Shown one piece after another: positions 25,801 to 38,144 of a stretch of DNA of 64,000 nucleotides. The translations under genes were made by a program, and so were the position numbers. The DNA comes from Lingula anatina. Its lineage: Eukaryota; Animalia; Brachiopoda. The stretch is taken from positions 6,084,954 through 6,148,953 of the forward strand of contig CM120644.1 of assembly GCA_051362555.1 (NCBI GenBank). Direction: 5' to 3'. Positions within the stretch are counted from its first letter, which is position 1; the number at the start of each line of letters is the position of its first letter. Below the pieces are notes generated by a model. The model had not been told where the DNA came from, did no database searches, and worked only from the letters and a program-made list of their open reading frames with translations.

Positions 25801-28293
25801 TTGTTGTTGGTGGTGGTGGTGGTGGTGGTGGTGGTGTTTTTTTTTTTCCTTTTTTGATTCAATAATTTGATGAGGTAAAATCCTCGAGTCCTTGCAACCA
25901 TTCGTATGTGAACTGGTAAAAACGTGCAGAACACCGGTAGCTTTCGCATGTAGATCCATATGCTGAGCATTCCATGCATTTATAATCACACAAGAGCATT
26001 TAAGTTATGTAACATTTGTGAAATGGACAACATTTTTTATTTATTTCAGAAACCCATAAAACCCTGGACGGTGCCACCAAAAGTAAGTTATACCGCAAAA
26101 AAAGTCGCACGTTAAACGACCACTCGTACCTTGTGATTCAGTTTGTCATTTTGATAAACACTTTTGTACAGTCACATATATTGTCATCTTTAAATTTTCA
26201 GTTGTAGTTTGCAGAAACAAAATCGTCATTCATCACTGTTTTTTAAGTGGAGCTATTGTCGTGTACGTTTCGCAAAACTTTTCGCATTTTAAGAGCTTAA
26301 TTTCTTTCTTACCATTAGGTGACCTTTACTTTTCCACCTGAGGTAAGACATTATACATATAAAAGTATGTACACTAATAATATATCATATATTTCTTGAA
26401 AAAAAACGTAACGATACTTATTTATTATTAACAATAATGAATACTGGTTGCTGATGTCCCGAATATGAATAGATGAATGTTCTATATTATATATAACAGT
26501 ATACGATTGCTCACGATGTGACAAAGGTATATTGCCCTTAATACATGTATGTTACAACGTACAGTGTATATGAACGTGTATCAAAATTAGCTATCACGTT
26601 CAATATGTCTGTATGTATGTTCAGTGCATGCAGGAATATTGCCCAGTTTACTTGCATGCACTTTTGTTTCCATCTAATTATAGCATAAATAAATGAACTG
26701 CATATAAGATATATGAATAGGACTCTTTGCAACATGAGAGGGGGTGGATGTCTTTGGTAAACCGCCGGATGAGAGTGACTAGGGCAGAAGAAATTATCGC
26801 AAGGACTGGCGCAATTTGTGTTTTCTTATAGCCAATACTTATCCTTTACAACTCTAATGGACAAGAAAGATTAAGATGGTTAATAACATCAGGACACGTG
26901 GTAATAAAAAACTCTTACATGAAGTATAAAATACAGAATACCAAACGGTCACAGAACGGTTGATGAAACATGGTGATGGACCAGTTTCCTATTTATGTTT
27001 CTAGGTGACCATCAAGCCATGGACCATTCGTTCCATTGTGAGTTTTTTTTAAATATATATCTGATAATTCCGTGTGTGTGTGTTTGTGTCTGATTTAACT
27101 GGATAACTTTTGTTGGGTTACCACATTCTTATAAGAACATAATCAGTTAGATACTTGGTGCATATATTAATTCAGATATGTATCTTAACTCAATACAACC
27201 ATATTTTAATTAACTATAGAAAACATTGTGCTATTGGCTTGTACTATTACTATTTTTCTTGTCGTTGTTGTTTGTTGATGTTGTTTTGGTTCTTGTTCCT
27301 ACTGCTGTTGATTTCTACTCCTTTTCCGTTTTCTCAATAAATTAATGAGGCAAAAAACATTCCTCCTCGCTTGTGTATGCGAACATTCTTGTGTATGGAC
27401 TGGTAAAATCATGCAGAGTATGCATCGATAGCTTTCACATTTAAGTCTATATGCTTGGCATTCCATCCAGTTAATCACACATGGAAGTTTAAGAAATGTA
27501 ATTTTTGTGAAATGGACAACATTTCTTTATTTCAGAAACCTATTAAACCCTGGACGGTGCCACCAAAAGTAAGTCATACAGCAAAGAAAAACACACTTTA
27601 AACGAGCACTCGTTTCCAGTGATTCAATTTGATTCAATTTTTGGTAAACCGTTTTTTTTCAGTCACACATCTTATCATGTTTAAATTTGTATAAAGTTGT
27701 AGTTGTATAAACAAAATCGCAATTCATCAGTCTGGCATTTTAAAAACTTAATTTCTCTTTTACCATTAGGTGACCTTTACATTTCCACCTAAGGTAAGAC
27801 ATTATACATATAAATGTCTGTACACTAGCTGATATATTTCATGACAAAAAAAAACGTACCGATACTTATATATTTTTAACAATAATGAATACTGTTGCCG
27901 TGACAGGTGCCTTTAGAGACAGTCTATTATATTTGTGTCTTTATATTTGTGAACAATGGACACATTTGTATACTTTGTACATAAAACTACGCAGAAGTGG
28001 AGAAGCACCAGAAGTGTCGTTTATTTACTTTTGATAGTTTACTTCTAGAGAACAATCGGACTGCTTCCAACTGTAAGTAAATTCATCTTAAAAGAATACA
28101 TTTGGACCAGATTGTTTCAAATTCATATACTTAAACAAATACAATGTAAACGTTGTAATCACACCAATGCTTGTCATATTGAAATTTCAGGTAAATCTAA
28201 TCCAATCTAGATACCGATTCTGTTTGCATTCATTTACTCCCTTCTCTCCCATTGTCTATGAGATAGCTTTTGTAAACCGTTTTATAACGTGTG

Positions 28294-28324
<31 letters not shown>

Positions 28325-28475
28325 AAACAATGCCAATGCAGTGATGAACTGATGCGTGCCAATCCGGTACATTTATCCCATTAACTCATCAAACATTTGA
28401 TTTTCATTATTCTTACAGATCGTTCTGCCAACAGCCGCACCTTTACCAACATTCCCTCCGGATTTGATTGGTTAA
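23935..28475 (+). CDS. Micro-exon gene B: secreted Pro/Thr/Lys/Trp-rich cationic prepropeptide, 11 exons, 154 aa
   Basis: Exons (GT-AG): 23935-24034 MNIKITWIFIILLVYASAVFVGSNVIRERKPST; 24603-24673 LLTLGQKQWKIRFMHLFQLRNKRE; 24915-24947 TSPNLWTFPPK; 25707-25739 VTIKPWTIRSI; 26050-26082 KPIKPWTVPPK; 26319-26342 VTFTFPPE; 27005-27037 VTIKPWTIRSI; 27536-27568 KPIKPWTVPPK; 27770-27793 VTFTFPPK; 28049-28072 RTIGLLPT; 28419-28475 IVLPTAAPLPTFPPDLIG*. Signal peptide, RNKR furin-type site, AATAAA at 28588-28593. The exon-2 acceptor is ambiguous (in-frame alternative at 24573). Confidence 0.82.
25640..27900. repeat. Two tandem units (about 25640-26450 and 26920-27900), each carrying three micro-exons of gene B
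   Basis: Shared AAGTATAAAATA.AGAAT.CCA, TTTGTGAAATGGACAACATTT, GGTAAGACATTATACAT and AACAATAATGAATACTG. Confidence 0.9.
25757..25836. repeat. Compound (AAT)n(TTG)n(GGT)n microsatellite in a gene B intron
   Basis: Direct reading. Confidence 0.95.
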
Positions 28476-30272
28476 ATGGAGAGCGTGGCGGTTTTATACT
28501 TGTGGCCAATCAAACTGAATAGCAATTCCCAGTATCCCTAGTTCGAAAGAAAATATTACTTTATATTTCAAGGAGTGAAAAAAAAAGAATAAAGTGACAG
28601 ATATTGCATGTCTCCATTCAGTTAAGATGCCTCAATGGGCACTCTCTGTTTGGTGAAACATTTGTTTTTAAGTGTTTGCATTATTGTAAAACATTGATAT
28701 TGTGTTAATATATAACAAAATATAAAACATGTGGACATTTTACTACAGATCGTTGCACACCTTTAGTCCTATGTACACTTGTTTACAAACGATCACATGA
28801 CAGCTCTTAGGTGGAAATATTTCCATACTTTTGTAAGGTGGAATATTTCCATAATTTTGTAAAGTGGAAATATTTCAATACTTCACATATCTCGTTATAC
28901 CAGAGAGGCCAAGTAATATTTAAAAATTGAAAGTAAAGTAGATGGGCGAAAGCATAAGTAATGTCGAGATTAGGATATAAAAAGACTGGTGGTATGAAAA
29001 CTAGGAGGGACGAAGGCAGTGGGAATAAAGCTGATTGGAAATCTACGAATCATGCCGTTTATTTCTACTCTTTAGTCAAACAGATTATGGAACGTTGCAC
29101 CTTCCTTCGACAATTATCATATTTTGAACGAGGACAATTTTAATATAAGAGGTAGGCAAAGAGGATGAAATGATTGTTTGTTATCTGAATCGTTTCGTTT
29201 GAAACACTGTTTTGAGGAATGGAAAGGAGAATCTCCAAAACTAAGGAGGGGTGTGTTTCACACTGTGTTCCCCTTCTAGGGCTCATCCCCAATGAAGGCA
29301 TCCTTCCACGTAGATTAATATAACTACGCTGGAACTGTTGCTGAATGCACTCAGTCTAATAAATTACCCCTGGCGTTGAGCAGAATACAAAAACACTGGT
29401 GATTATAGAATGTCGTTGATATATATATATATATATGGTGCGCATTCACTTACTACAGTTAATGAAGAGGTGATGCAGGATGAGAGGGGACCTTAGAATT
29501 TAAAGGGGGGTATGTTGCCATCTCCCCGGCCCTTGTTGAGGTACCGCTGCTTAGTCCAGATAACTCACGTATTAAGCGCACATATGTTTGTTGTTTGGAC
29601 TTATTCAGCTGATGATCTTATGATAACGTCGGGAAAGAACAATAACGTAACTGATCTGAAACTGTTTTACATAAATCAGTCAAGGGCCAGAAAACGTGCA
29701 TTTCATTCAGTTGTCTTCATGAGTACGTTCTGATATTAAGAGTATACAAGGCGTTTAACTTTTAGAACTTTGTAATTTCGATTAAAGTCAAATAAGCAAA
29801 AGCAATTTTTGGCTATTAAAAGCATGGCATTTCATTAGACCGTTAATTCGGTTAATGACAATTACGTTGATTTGGTAAGAAGGGTGATACCGAATCACAG
29901 CTTTCAATGACGATATAAGAAAGAAAGAAAGAAAGAAAGAAAAAAAGAAACGACAGAAATGTCATTTGAAATGACAGCATCTGTAATGACGATGCATAAC
30001 CAACAATGCTGTAAATCTTCAAACTGGTTAATGTATAATAAAACAAGCATTAATTTGCTGCCCCTATTTTCTGGCCACTTGCAGCTAAATTTATATCTAA
30101 TATGTTGTGCATATTATCACTGTTGATATGATAGTTTCTTTACACATTATACATAATCATTGTCACCTCTTGGGGTCAGATACCGTGTACCACATTATAA
30201 AGGAGACTGGGCGCGCTATATACCTCACATGCCATTGTTCACTATTGACTTCCAATACCATGATGTGACAAT

Positions 30273-31171
30273 ATGGCCGAGACATTGGCAGCGGACTTCA
30301 CGGATAACATTTTGACATGTAGTATCTGTCTGGCAGAGTATAAGGACCCTCGAATGTTGCCATGCTACCATACATTTTGCCTTGTTTGTGTATCTAGTCA
30401 CGCAAAAAGAACCATTACTACAAAGAAGACATTCCAGTGCCCTGTTTGCCGAGAAGATGTTCAGTTTCCAGCAGGTGGACTTTCTAAATTCAAAAAGAAT
30501 TTTGCCTTTTCCAAGGCCAAAGACATAATAAACTAGCACCAAATACGAGGACATCCTTGAACTCCACCATGCCTCCTTGCAAAGTGCCTGTGACTTTGCT
30601 CAACAACTTGTGGCAGATGTGTCAAAGTGTACTCCACCAAAGGTAAACCGGTGACAACCATGGGTCAGGGTCAACTGGAAAAGCCAAGTTGTATCACAAT
30701 GAATAGACAAGGTAATGTGATGATTTTTGATGTGGAAAAATAATCCATCCTCACATTCCACGCAGGCAGTGGGTATCTCCTGAACACTATTCGACTCACT
30801 ATGTGTAAATGCCCCACTTCCATCACAGTGAACAGTGCTAAAGATAACATTGTGATATCAGACTTATGGAACTGTGTTCACGTGCTCTCACCTACTGGTG
30901 ATCAGCTATACAAATATGGTACAGAAAGCAGTGGTGTTGGCCAGCTGAGTTTTCCTAGTGGAGTGTGCACAGACAGCTATGGCCACATCTTCATTGCTGA
31001 TGGTCGTAACAATAGGATTGTAGCACTGAGTCCGCAAGGACAATTTATCAAATACATTGCCACTGAGGATGATGTGTTGAAATATCCATGGCTTTAACAA
31101 TAAATCCATCTGGCCTGCTGGTGGTGGCAGAGAGAAGGGGTATAGATAAGACATTACTGTACTTACAATAG
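30273..31171 (+). pseudogene. TRIM-NHL pseudogene (copy 1), internally deleted
   Basis: RING ORF stops at 30534-30536; two large deletions remove the B-box/coiled coil and the first NHL region; further stop and frameshift in the NHL part. Confidence 0.88.
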
Positions 31172-33519
31172 ATACACTTCACACATAAAATTTTCAAACG
31201 CCCTACTTCTTCAATATTAATTATTTTCAGACTTGCCAATTTCAACAATATAGTCCTTAACACAAAGCCAAACGATTTTTGTATGTTTTTTAACGTTTTC
31301 AGTATTTAAAAATCTTTTTGAGGGGTTTGGTTTGTGACAATCCATCAATTTATTTGTTATGATTACTCTGTGTTACATTTCTGGCACTGAATCATGCGGT
31401 TTTTCAAAGAAGCATGATGTCTTCGTGAGGAAAAGACATGTTTTGTTCCGGTTTTGTGACTTATGATTAATAAGAACCACAAGTTATTTTGTACAAGTTA
31501 AGCATGTGTGCCTTCTCCTCGAATTGCTTTTTTTCCTTCACACTATCGGAGAATCGTGTTTTACTGGGAGTAAACAGGTTTTGTTCACATTGAATGAGCT
31601 CCACCCTCGTTGTTAAATGTATAACAGGCATTCAAGCAAACACGAGTTTGTATTTTATTTTTTGAGGAATTTTTCGATCAAATGCATCAGTATGAAGCAG
31701 ACCTTATATCCACGCGCAGGCAGAACAATTTTAACAGTAACAATTGTAATAAGTATATATGTTTTGTGAAGTAGACGTCGTGGAAGATATGGGATGTACC
31801 CTGAAATTCAGGGGTCACTGCCAATTGGCGTCTGTTAATCATCAGTATGTGCTTTTGCCGTTCTAATGATAGATAACTAAAAAAGGGGACATACAATGTA
31901 TATCACGTACTTGCACGCACACATTGTAATCAAGTATGATATTAAACTCATCAATTACAATCAAAATTCGTCTAACAAGACAAAAACCCACACGAGGTTT
32001 TGTGAATCGTCTGATTCAGGATGTTTTGTAGGAACTGGAGCAATTGACGGGTGCTTTTATTTATAAAAACAGCCGTTTGCCAGACGACACGCGCCCACGT
32101 GACAACCACAGGAGACCCTGGTTTGCATAAAGGCCACATGAAGTGCGTGTAATTGTGTCACAAGCACGTTATTGAAATTATTCCGGTTTAAAAGCAGAAC
32201 TGAGTAGGTCAGTGAATAAGTTCAGGTATTGATATTAACATTTTAGTCTTTAAATTTAGGCTACACTTTTTTATTTTTATGGATGACATCCTCTAGGGAC
32301 CACGAAATCCGTGCGAGAGGGCGACGAACAAACAGTTAAGGTGAAAATGAATGCTTTTAGATGGACATATGCAACCCATATGCAATGAGGTTCACAATAA
32401 ATATTAACTTCTATATGGCATCTTTTCTTTACTTTTTGCCAATATTTCAACAGCAGTCTGCTGTCCTCTTCAAAGGGGAGAAGTTACCAGAAGTATATTG
32501 AGGTGAGGCTGTGTAGTTTAACCTATACAGGTGTTATGAATCACCCTGGCCTCAGTCCTCAGGGAAAATGCAATATAAAAAATTACTATATGAAGTAATT
32601 TACTAGAACTGTCCTCTTTTTACCAATATTTCCAGACTTTTGTAAGGGACGCGGTTGCGCCCCTTAGGATGTCGCACCCCACTTAAGATGTCGCGCACCT
32701 TTTTCGGTATCTAGTTAATATCCAGTTAATATCTACGCACTATTTCAAAATTAAAATTAAAGTATATAGACGATATCACCGGTATAAATAATGTCGAGAT
32801 TTGGATAAAAAATGGGCAGGTGTTGTGAAAACTAGGAATAACGTAGGCAGTGCGAACAAAGCTGCTTGGAAATCCACGAATCTTGTTTTTTGTTAGTAAT
32901 GGCCGACAGCTGTTAAAGAATTTCACAGCTTCCTTGGACAAATATAGCATTTTAACGTGGTCAATTGTAATACAAGTATAAGAGGTACAGTGTAGAGAGA
33001 TAAAATGAAATGAGTACTTGGCACCTGTCTCGTTTAGCTTGAAACAATGTATTTGGAGAGGGGAAAGGGAAATATTTGAAATTAAGAAGGGCGTATGTTT
33101 GACACCGTGCCCCCCCACCCCACGCCACCCTACATTGTAGTAGTTAAGCTCACACAATAAAATGGCACAAAGTTGTTTCTTCACAATACATACCACGGGG
33201 CTGATATTTAAAAAAAGAATTGCAGGGACCGATACAATGAATGAGACGGTGTGACTGCCACGTGCAGAAGATGGGCAGGAAATCAGCCAACTACTCACAA
33301 AAAAACACTGACCCATGTCCCTGTCAATACACACGCAACCACAAACCATTCACGTAAATGAAAATGATTGGACGGTGATCGCAATTAGGCAGTAAACGCG
33401 GGGATAGTCCATTCTTTAATATCACCCCATGCGCGGTGATATCAGCGTGTTCTAGTCAAAGGTAGGGGGTTTAGGTGGGGAACATGCCCGATTTCCCTTT
33501 GTAACCTGTATGTATGACA

Positions 33520-33630
33520 AGTAATGCACTGTTACCCCCTCGCCGATATACAGGTACCCGATAGCATTGCCTCGCTGGCGTTCGACATACTATCGTGTAT
33601 ATCGGGCTCGTGGACAGTGCATTATTTACT
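33520..33630. mobile_element. Small hairpin element; two tandem copies also at about 50770-50960
   Basis: TAATGCACTGT...ACAGTGCATTA termini with internal inverted CGATATACA/TGTATATCG. Confidence 0.6.
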
Positions 33631-34716
33631 ATCTGTCAGCTGATGATCACGTCAGGTCAGAACAAGGTTGTGACTGATTTAAAACTGTGTCACAAATATT
33701 AGTCAAGGACCAGATAACGTGTCATTTACTCACGATACTCAGAGTACATTTGATATTAAGCATTTGTTCAATCTTAAGTAGTTTGTTATTTTTGTGAAAA
33801 AAAACACAAGAACTTATTTGGGTAAAAATATCATTTGTCCAGTAGACACATTTTATATAATTTTCTTGGTCCGTTAATTACATTTGCTCTGATTTCGTGA
33901 GGTTCACGTTCTGCTGTCACTTTGACTGGTTTCTGAATATGAAATATTGTAGGCTCATTCCCATTGAGAACACACTTCCAAGATCCCTTCCGCCGTTGAG
34001 AAGAATACTGAAACGCTGGTGATTATTCAGTTACGTTGGAAATCAGAGTTCTCTAAGATACGCCAAGGCTTGATTGCGATTTCAATCCACTCAGAAATTA
34101 AAATTCTCGACAAGGCCGATATAAAAACATGCCTGGAAATCAATCTTGTCCACAGACATACATGCTGTTTACTGACCACTGCTTTCTCCCTATAGCTCAA
34201 GTATCAGAAGGACATACATGTCACGTTTTTACTAAATCAACCGATGATCGGATGATAACGTAGGGAAAGACCAATAACGTAACTGATCTGAGGCTGTGCC
34301 ACATGAATCAGCTAGGGCCAGATACATGTAACAACATACACTTCATTCAGTCGTAACCATGCGTACGTTCAAATATTAAGATTATACAATGCGTTCAACT
34401 TTTAGTATTTTGTAATCTCGATTAAAGTCAAATAACCAAAAGCGATTTTTGGCTATCAAAATCTTTTAAGACATTTCATTGGAAATGTTAAAATGTTAAT
34501 TGTTAAAACATTTCATTGGACCATTTATTCGGTTAATTGCAATTATGTTGATTTAGAGAGAGATTTAGAGTGGGTGATTCTGTGGAATCAAATATTTCAA
34601 CGACGATATAAGAAATAAATAAATAAACAAATAAACAGTAGAAATCCATCTGACATGACAGAATCTTTGACGATGATGCTTAACATAGCAATGCTGTAAA
34701 TTTTCAAACTAATTAA

Positions 34717-35339
34717 AGTCATAATAACTCTTCGTTTTGGACAAAAATACGATTTTCCTGGAAAAAACGGCAATTTTCCCGTACTTACCAATGGTCAACG
34801 ACCCCATTCCTGCATTCAAAGTTAATCCAGGTTTTTTTTCCTAAACGTACGGTTTTTTGTTAAAATCTCTTAAGAGATTTTAACTGACGGAGCCCTCTCG
34901 TATCGAGCGATAGTTTCTAGTGACCTACTTAAAACCGCGGGAAAAGCAGACAACACTATATAACAATATTATAAGATTCATAAGATATATTCGTCTTTTT
35001 TGCTCAAAATGCATTTATATCTACAATGTGTGCAATTCTGGGCTTTTCGTTATCCGACGCACTGTAAAAAACTCGCAACTTACGTCTGAGGGTTTCCCGC
35101 CATGTTATTTTGGTCTCGAATGAACGCGAGAATCCGCGTGACACCATTACGTCATTAGCAACGGATGCACTTGTCGACCGCGAAGAAAGCATCGAAAGCC
35201 CAAGTGACAAGCACAGATTTTAGTTTTACTACAATAACAGTCGTTTTATTGGGAAAATGCAACAGAATATATTTCCAGGCGTTGTTTACAATGTATTTCT
35301 TGCGGAATTTTGAATCTCAAAGGAAGAGTTATTATTGCT
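34717..35339. mobile_element. TTAA-targeting non-autonomous DNA transposon (Kolobok-like)
   Basis: TIR AG..ATAATAACTCTTC / GAAGAGTTATTAT..CT, TTAA TSD; empty site GGTTAATGTAT in paralogous units at about 30028 and 52708. A related end lies at about 5600-5668. Confidence 0.8.
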
Positions 35340-35396
35340 TTAATGTATAATAAAACAAAGAGCAATTCGCTGCCCCTACTTTCTATTTTTATTTAA

Positions 35397-36138
35397 GGCC
35401 ACACTTTTTTATTTTTATGGGTGACATCCTCTTGGGACCCCGAAATCGGTGCGAGAGGGCGAAAAAAACGTCAAAAAAAATCTGCTTAAGTAAAGGAATG
35501 CTGTCAGTACACAGCTGGAAACATAAATTTACCACAGAAACACGTATCAAACTAACAATATTAAAGCATTATAAACACTTCACAGAAATGTTAAAAGTAA
35601 TATTAATACTGCCAAATCTATTAAAGGTTATTTCAGTCGATGTCATTTTGTCTACTTCGACTCACACGAAGCAGCCAAACTATCGGGTGGCCTGTCCGAC
35701 CTAAGCTTCAGCCCACCAAATACCCCGACGTCCTTGTCGACCCTTGTTTCGCTACAAAAAAAAACTGGTATGTGCTGCTTTGGACAGAATGTCACTGAAA
35801 TTTTCCGGGCGATAATCGCTGGCCGCCAGCCTTTCGTATAATTGTAAAAAGGTGATATCTCCATGCCCAATATCAATGGCATACCAATCAAAAACAACTG
35901 CCCCCGTTCTCTTTATGACTTTAATTGTTGTGTAGTTTGAAAGTAATCCTAGAGATGAACTTGACGGCAAAGCGGCCATATTTCCAAGTTGAGATAATAT
36001 GCATGCGCAGAAAGCGATTTTCCGGCAAATTCAATAATGACGTTTGCGACAACCGACTTCGTTGGGGTTTTTTTCGGAGAATTGACGAAAATCGGTGTGC
36101 GCGCAGGATGTCATCCATAAAAATAAAAAAGTGTGGCC
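35397..36138. mobile_element. Non-autonomous DNA transposon (Kolobok-like) upstream of the intact TRIM gene
   Basis: About 35-bp TIR GGCCACACTTTTTTATTTTTATGG.TGACATCCT; absent from the paralogous promoter regions; truncated ends of the same family at about 32260 and 46388. Confidence 0.8.
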
Positions 36139-36323
36139 TAATATAGTGTGCATGTTATCACTGTTGACACGATAGTTTATCTATACATTATACATGGCCA
36201 TTGCCACCTTTTGAGGTCAGTTACCGCGTATCACACTACAAAGGGGACTGGGTGTGCTATATAGCTCACATGTGATTGTTCCACTATTGACTAAAAGACT
36301 TTCCAATGCCATGATGTGACAAT

Positions 36324-38144
36324 ATGGCAGAGGCATTGGCAGCGGCTTTCACGGATAACATTTTGACATGTAGTATCTGTCTGGAAGAGTATGAAGACCC
36401 CCGAGTGCTGCCTTGCTACCATACATTTTGCCTTGCTTGTATATCTGACCATGCCAAGGGAACTCTCACTGCAAGCAGGACATTTTCGTGCCCTGTTTGC
36501 CGAGAAGATGTCCAGTTTCCAGCCGGTGGGCTTTCTCAGTTAAAAAGGAATTTTGTCTTTTGCAAGGCCAAAGACATAATAAACCAGCAAACGGAAACAG
36601 GGTCGTCAAATAATGCACAGACTAATGTGGAAGCAGTGACACAAGCCGTTGAAAAATTGACCAACGGCTGTGAGAAACATCCTGGCAATGAACTGAAATA
36701 CTACTGTGAAGATGATGATACAGTTGTTTGTGGTGACTGTGCATTGACTGATCATTACAGGCATGGTATTTTACCTGTAGGAACAGTTGCGGATATCAAC
36801 AGGAGAAAAATCAAAACTGCCCTTGTTAACACTGTGGCAAAAGTTAACGTATTCAAAGAAGCCGCCAGAGAAGCAGCCAATGGATTTGAGGACCCCGGTA
36901 TCATGATTGCCACTATCAACAGCGTTGAAAGACAAGCCCATCATGTATGTAGATTAATTAATGCGAGGAGAGACTCATTGATATCAGACGTTAAGTTTGC
37001 CTATGATGCCAGAAATGAGCAATATAAGGCAATAAAGGACACCCTCGAACTTCACATTGCCTCCTTGCAGAGTTCCTGTGACTTTGCCCAACAACTTGTC
37101 GCAAACGGCACTGACTCTGATATCATGACACATGCAAAGTCTCTCACAGATAAACTGACAACAATGGAAAGCATACCAGTACCAACATCAGACACACCTG
37201 CAGAGATATCTTATATTCCTGGTGAAATACCTACTTCTAGACTGGAAGCCATGCTAGGACAGGTGACAGTACATTCAAAACCCCCGTTAGCCGGACGGGG
37301 AACAAATCTAAAATCATCACCGAATGTGCCTATTTTCTTAGAGAAGGCAGAATGTGTATGTTCTTTTACTGCCAAACTTAAACAGGATAAGAGAGAAGAT
37401 TTTATGTGTTGGAATTTAACCATAGATGGGCAATTTGTATATGTTGCATGTGTCATAGATATTGAAAACCTCGAAACAAATGTGCGAGTGTTCACACATG
37501 CAGGTCAGTTCTGGCGTCAAATAAGGTTAAACAAAGCAATTGATGTGGCTGTGTCACAGACTGGTAAAATGTATGTGACGTCAGAAGGCAACAAACGAGT
37601 CAGAGTGTACACCACCAATGGCATATATATAAAATCCATGGGTCAGGGTCAGCTGGAAAATCCAGGTTGTATCACACTGGACAGACAAGGCCATGTTGTG
37701 GTTTATGACGTGGACCAAAAATCTATATTTACATTCCATGCAGACACTGGAAGGCCCCTGAATACAGTTCCACTCACTTTGCCTAAATGTCCTTGTTACA
37801 TCACAGTGAATAGCGTGAATGATAACATTGTGATATCGGACTTGGACAACTGTGTCCATGTGCTGTCACCTACTGGTGATCATCTGCAGCAGAATAACGG
37901 TAGTGGTGATGGTCAGTTGAATGGATCGTCGGGGTTATGCACAGACAGCTATGGTCATATCTTCATTGCTGATGGTCGTAACAATAGGATTGTAGCAATG
38001 AGTCCACAAGGGCAGTTCATCAAGTATGTTGCCACTGAAGATGATGGATTGGTAGGGCCAAGGGGATTAGCTATCAACCCTGCTGGTCTGCTGGTGGTGG
38101 CAGGGATGGGGGGTAAAGTTAAGACATTCAAGTACTTGCAATAG
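36324..38144 (+). CDS. Intact intronless TRIM-NHL protein (RING, B-box, coiled coil, NHL repeats; TRIM2/3-like), 606 aa
   Basis: RING CSIC..PCYHTFCLAC..CPVC; B-box CEKH..YYCEDD..VCGDC..H; coiled coil; NHL repeats (GHIFIADGRNNRI, PRGLAINPAG). Confidence 0.93.
   Translation: MAEALAAAFTDNILTCSICLEEYEDPRVLPCYHTFCLACISDHAKGTLTASRTFSCPVCREDVQFPAGGLSQLKRNFVFCKAKDIINQQTETGSSNNAQTNVEAVTQAVEKLTNGCEKHPGNELKYYCEDDDTVVCGDCALTDHYRHGILPVGTVADINRRKIKTALVNTVAKVNVFKEAAREAANGFEDPGIMIATINSVERQAHHVCRLINARRDSLISDVKFAYDARNEQYKAIKDTLELHIASLQSSCDFAQQLVANGTDSDIMTHAKSLTDKLTTMESIPVPTSDTPAEISYIPGEIPTSRLEAMLGQVTVHSKPPLAGRGTNLKSSPNVPIFLEKAECVCSFTAKLKQDKREDFMCWNLTIDGQFVYVACVIDIENLETNVRVFTHAGQFWRQIRLNKAIDVAVSQTGKMYVTSEGNKRVRVYTTNGIYIKSMGQGQLENPGCITLDRQGHVVVYDVDQKSIFTFHADTGRPLNTVPLTLPKCPCYITVNSVNDNIVISDLDNCVHVLSPTGDHLQQNNGSGDGQLNGSSGLCTDSYGHIFIADGRNNRIVAMSPQGQFIKYVATEDDGLVGPRGLAINPAGLLVVAGMGGKVKTFKYLQ

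Noticed and set aside
25695-25989. ORFs with poly-His/Gln/Tyr or poly-Thr/Ile tracts
   Set aside because: Translation of an intronic compound microsatellite on the opposite strand of gene B.
32726-33349. 207-aa minus-strand ORF, with partial copies at 48177 and 50373
   Set aside because: No recognisable domain; frame is broken in the paralogous units; non-coding duplicated sequence.
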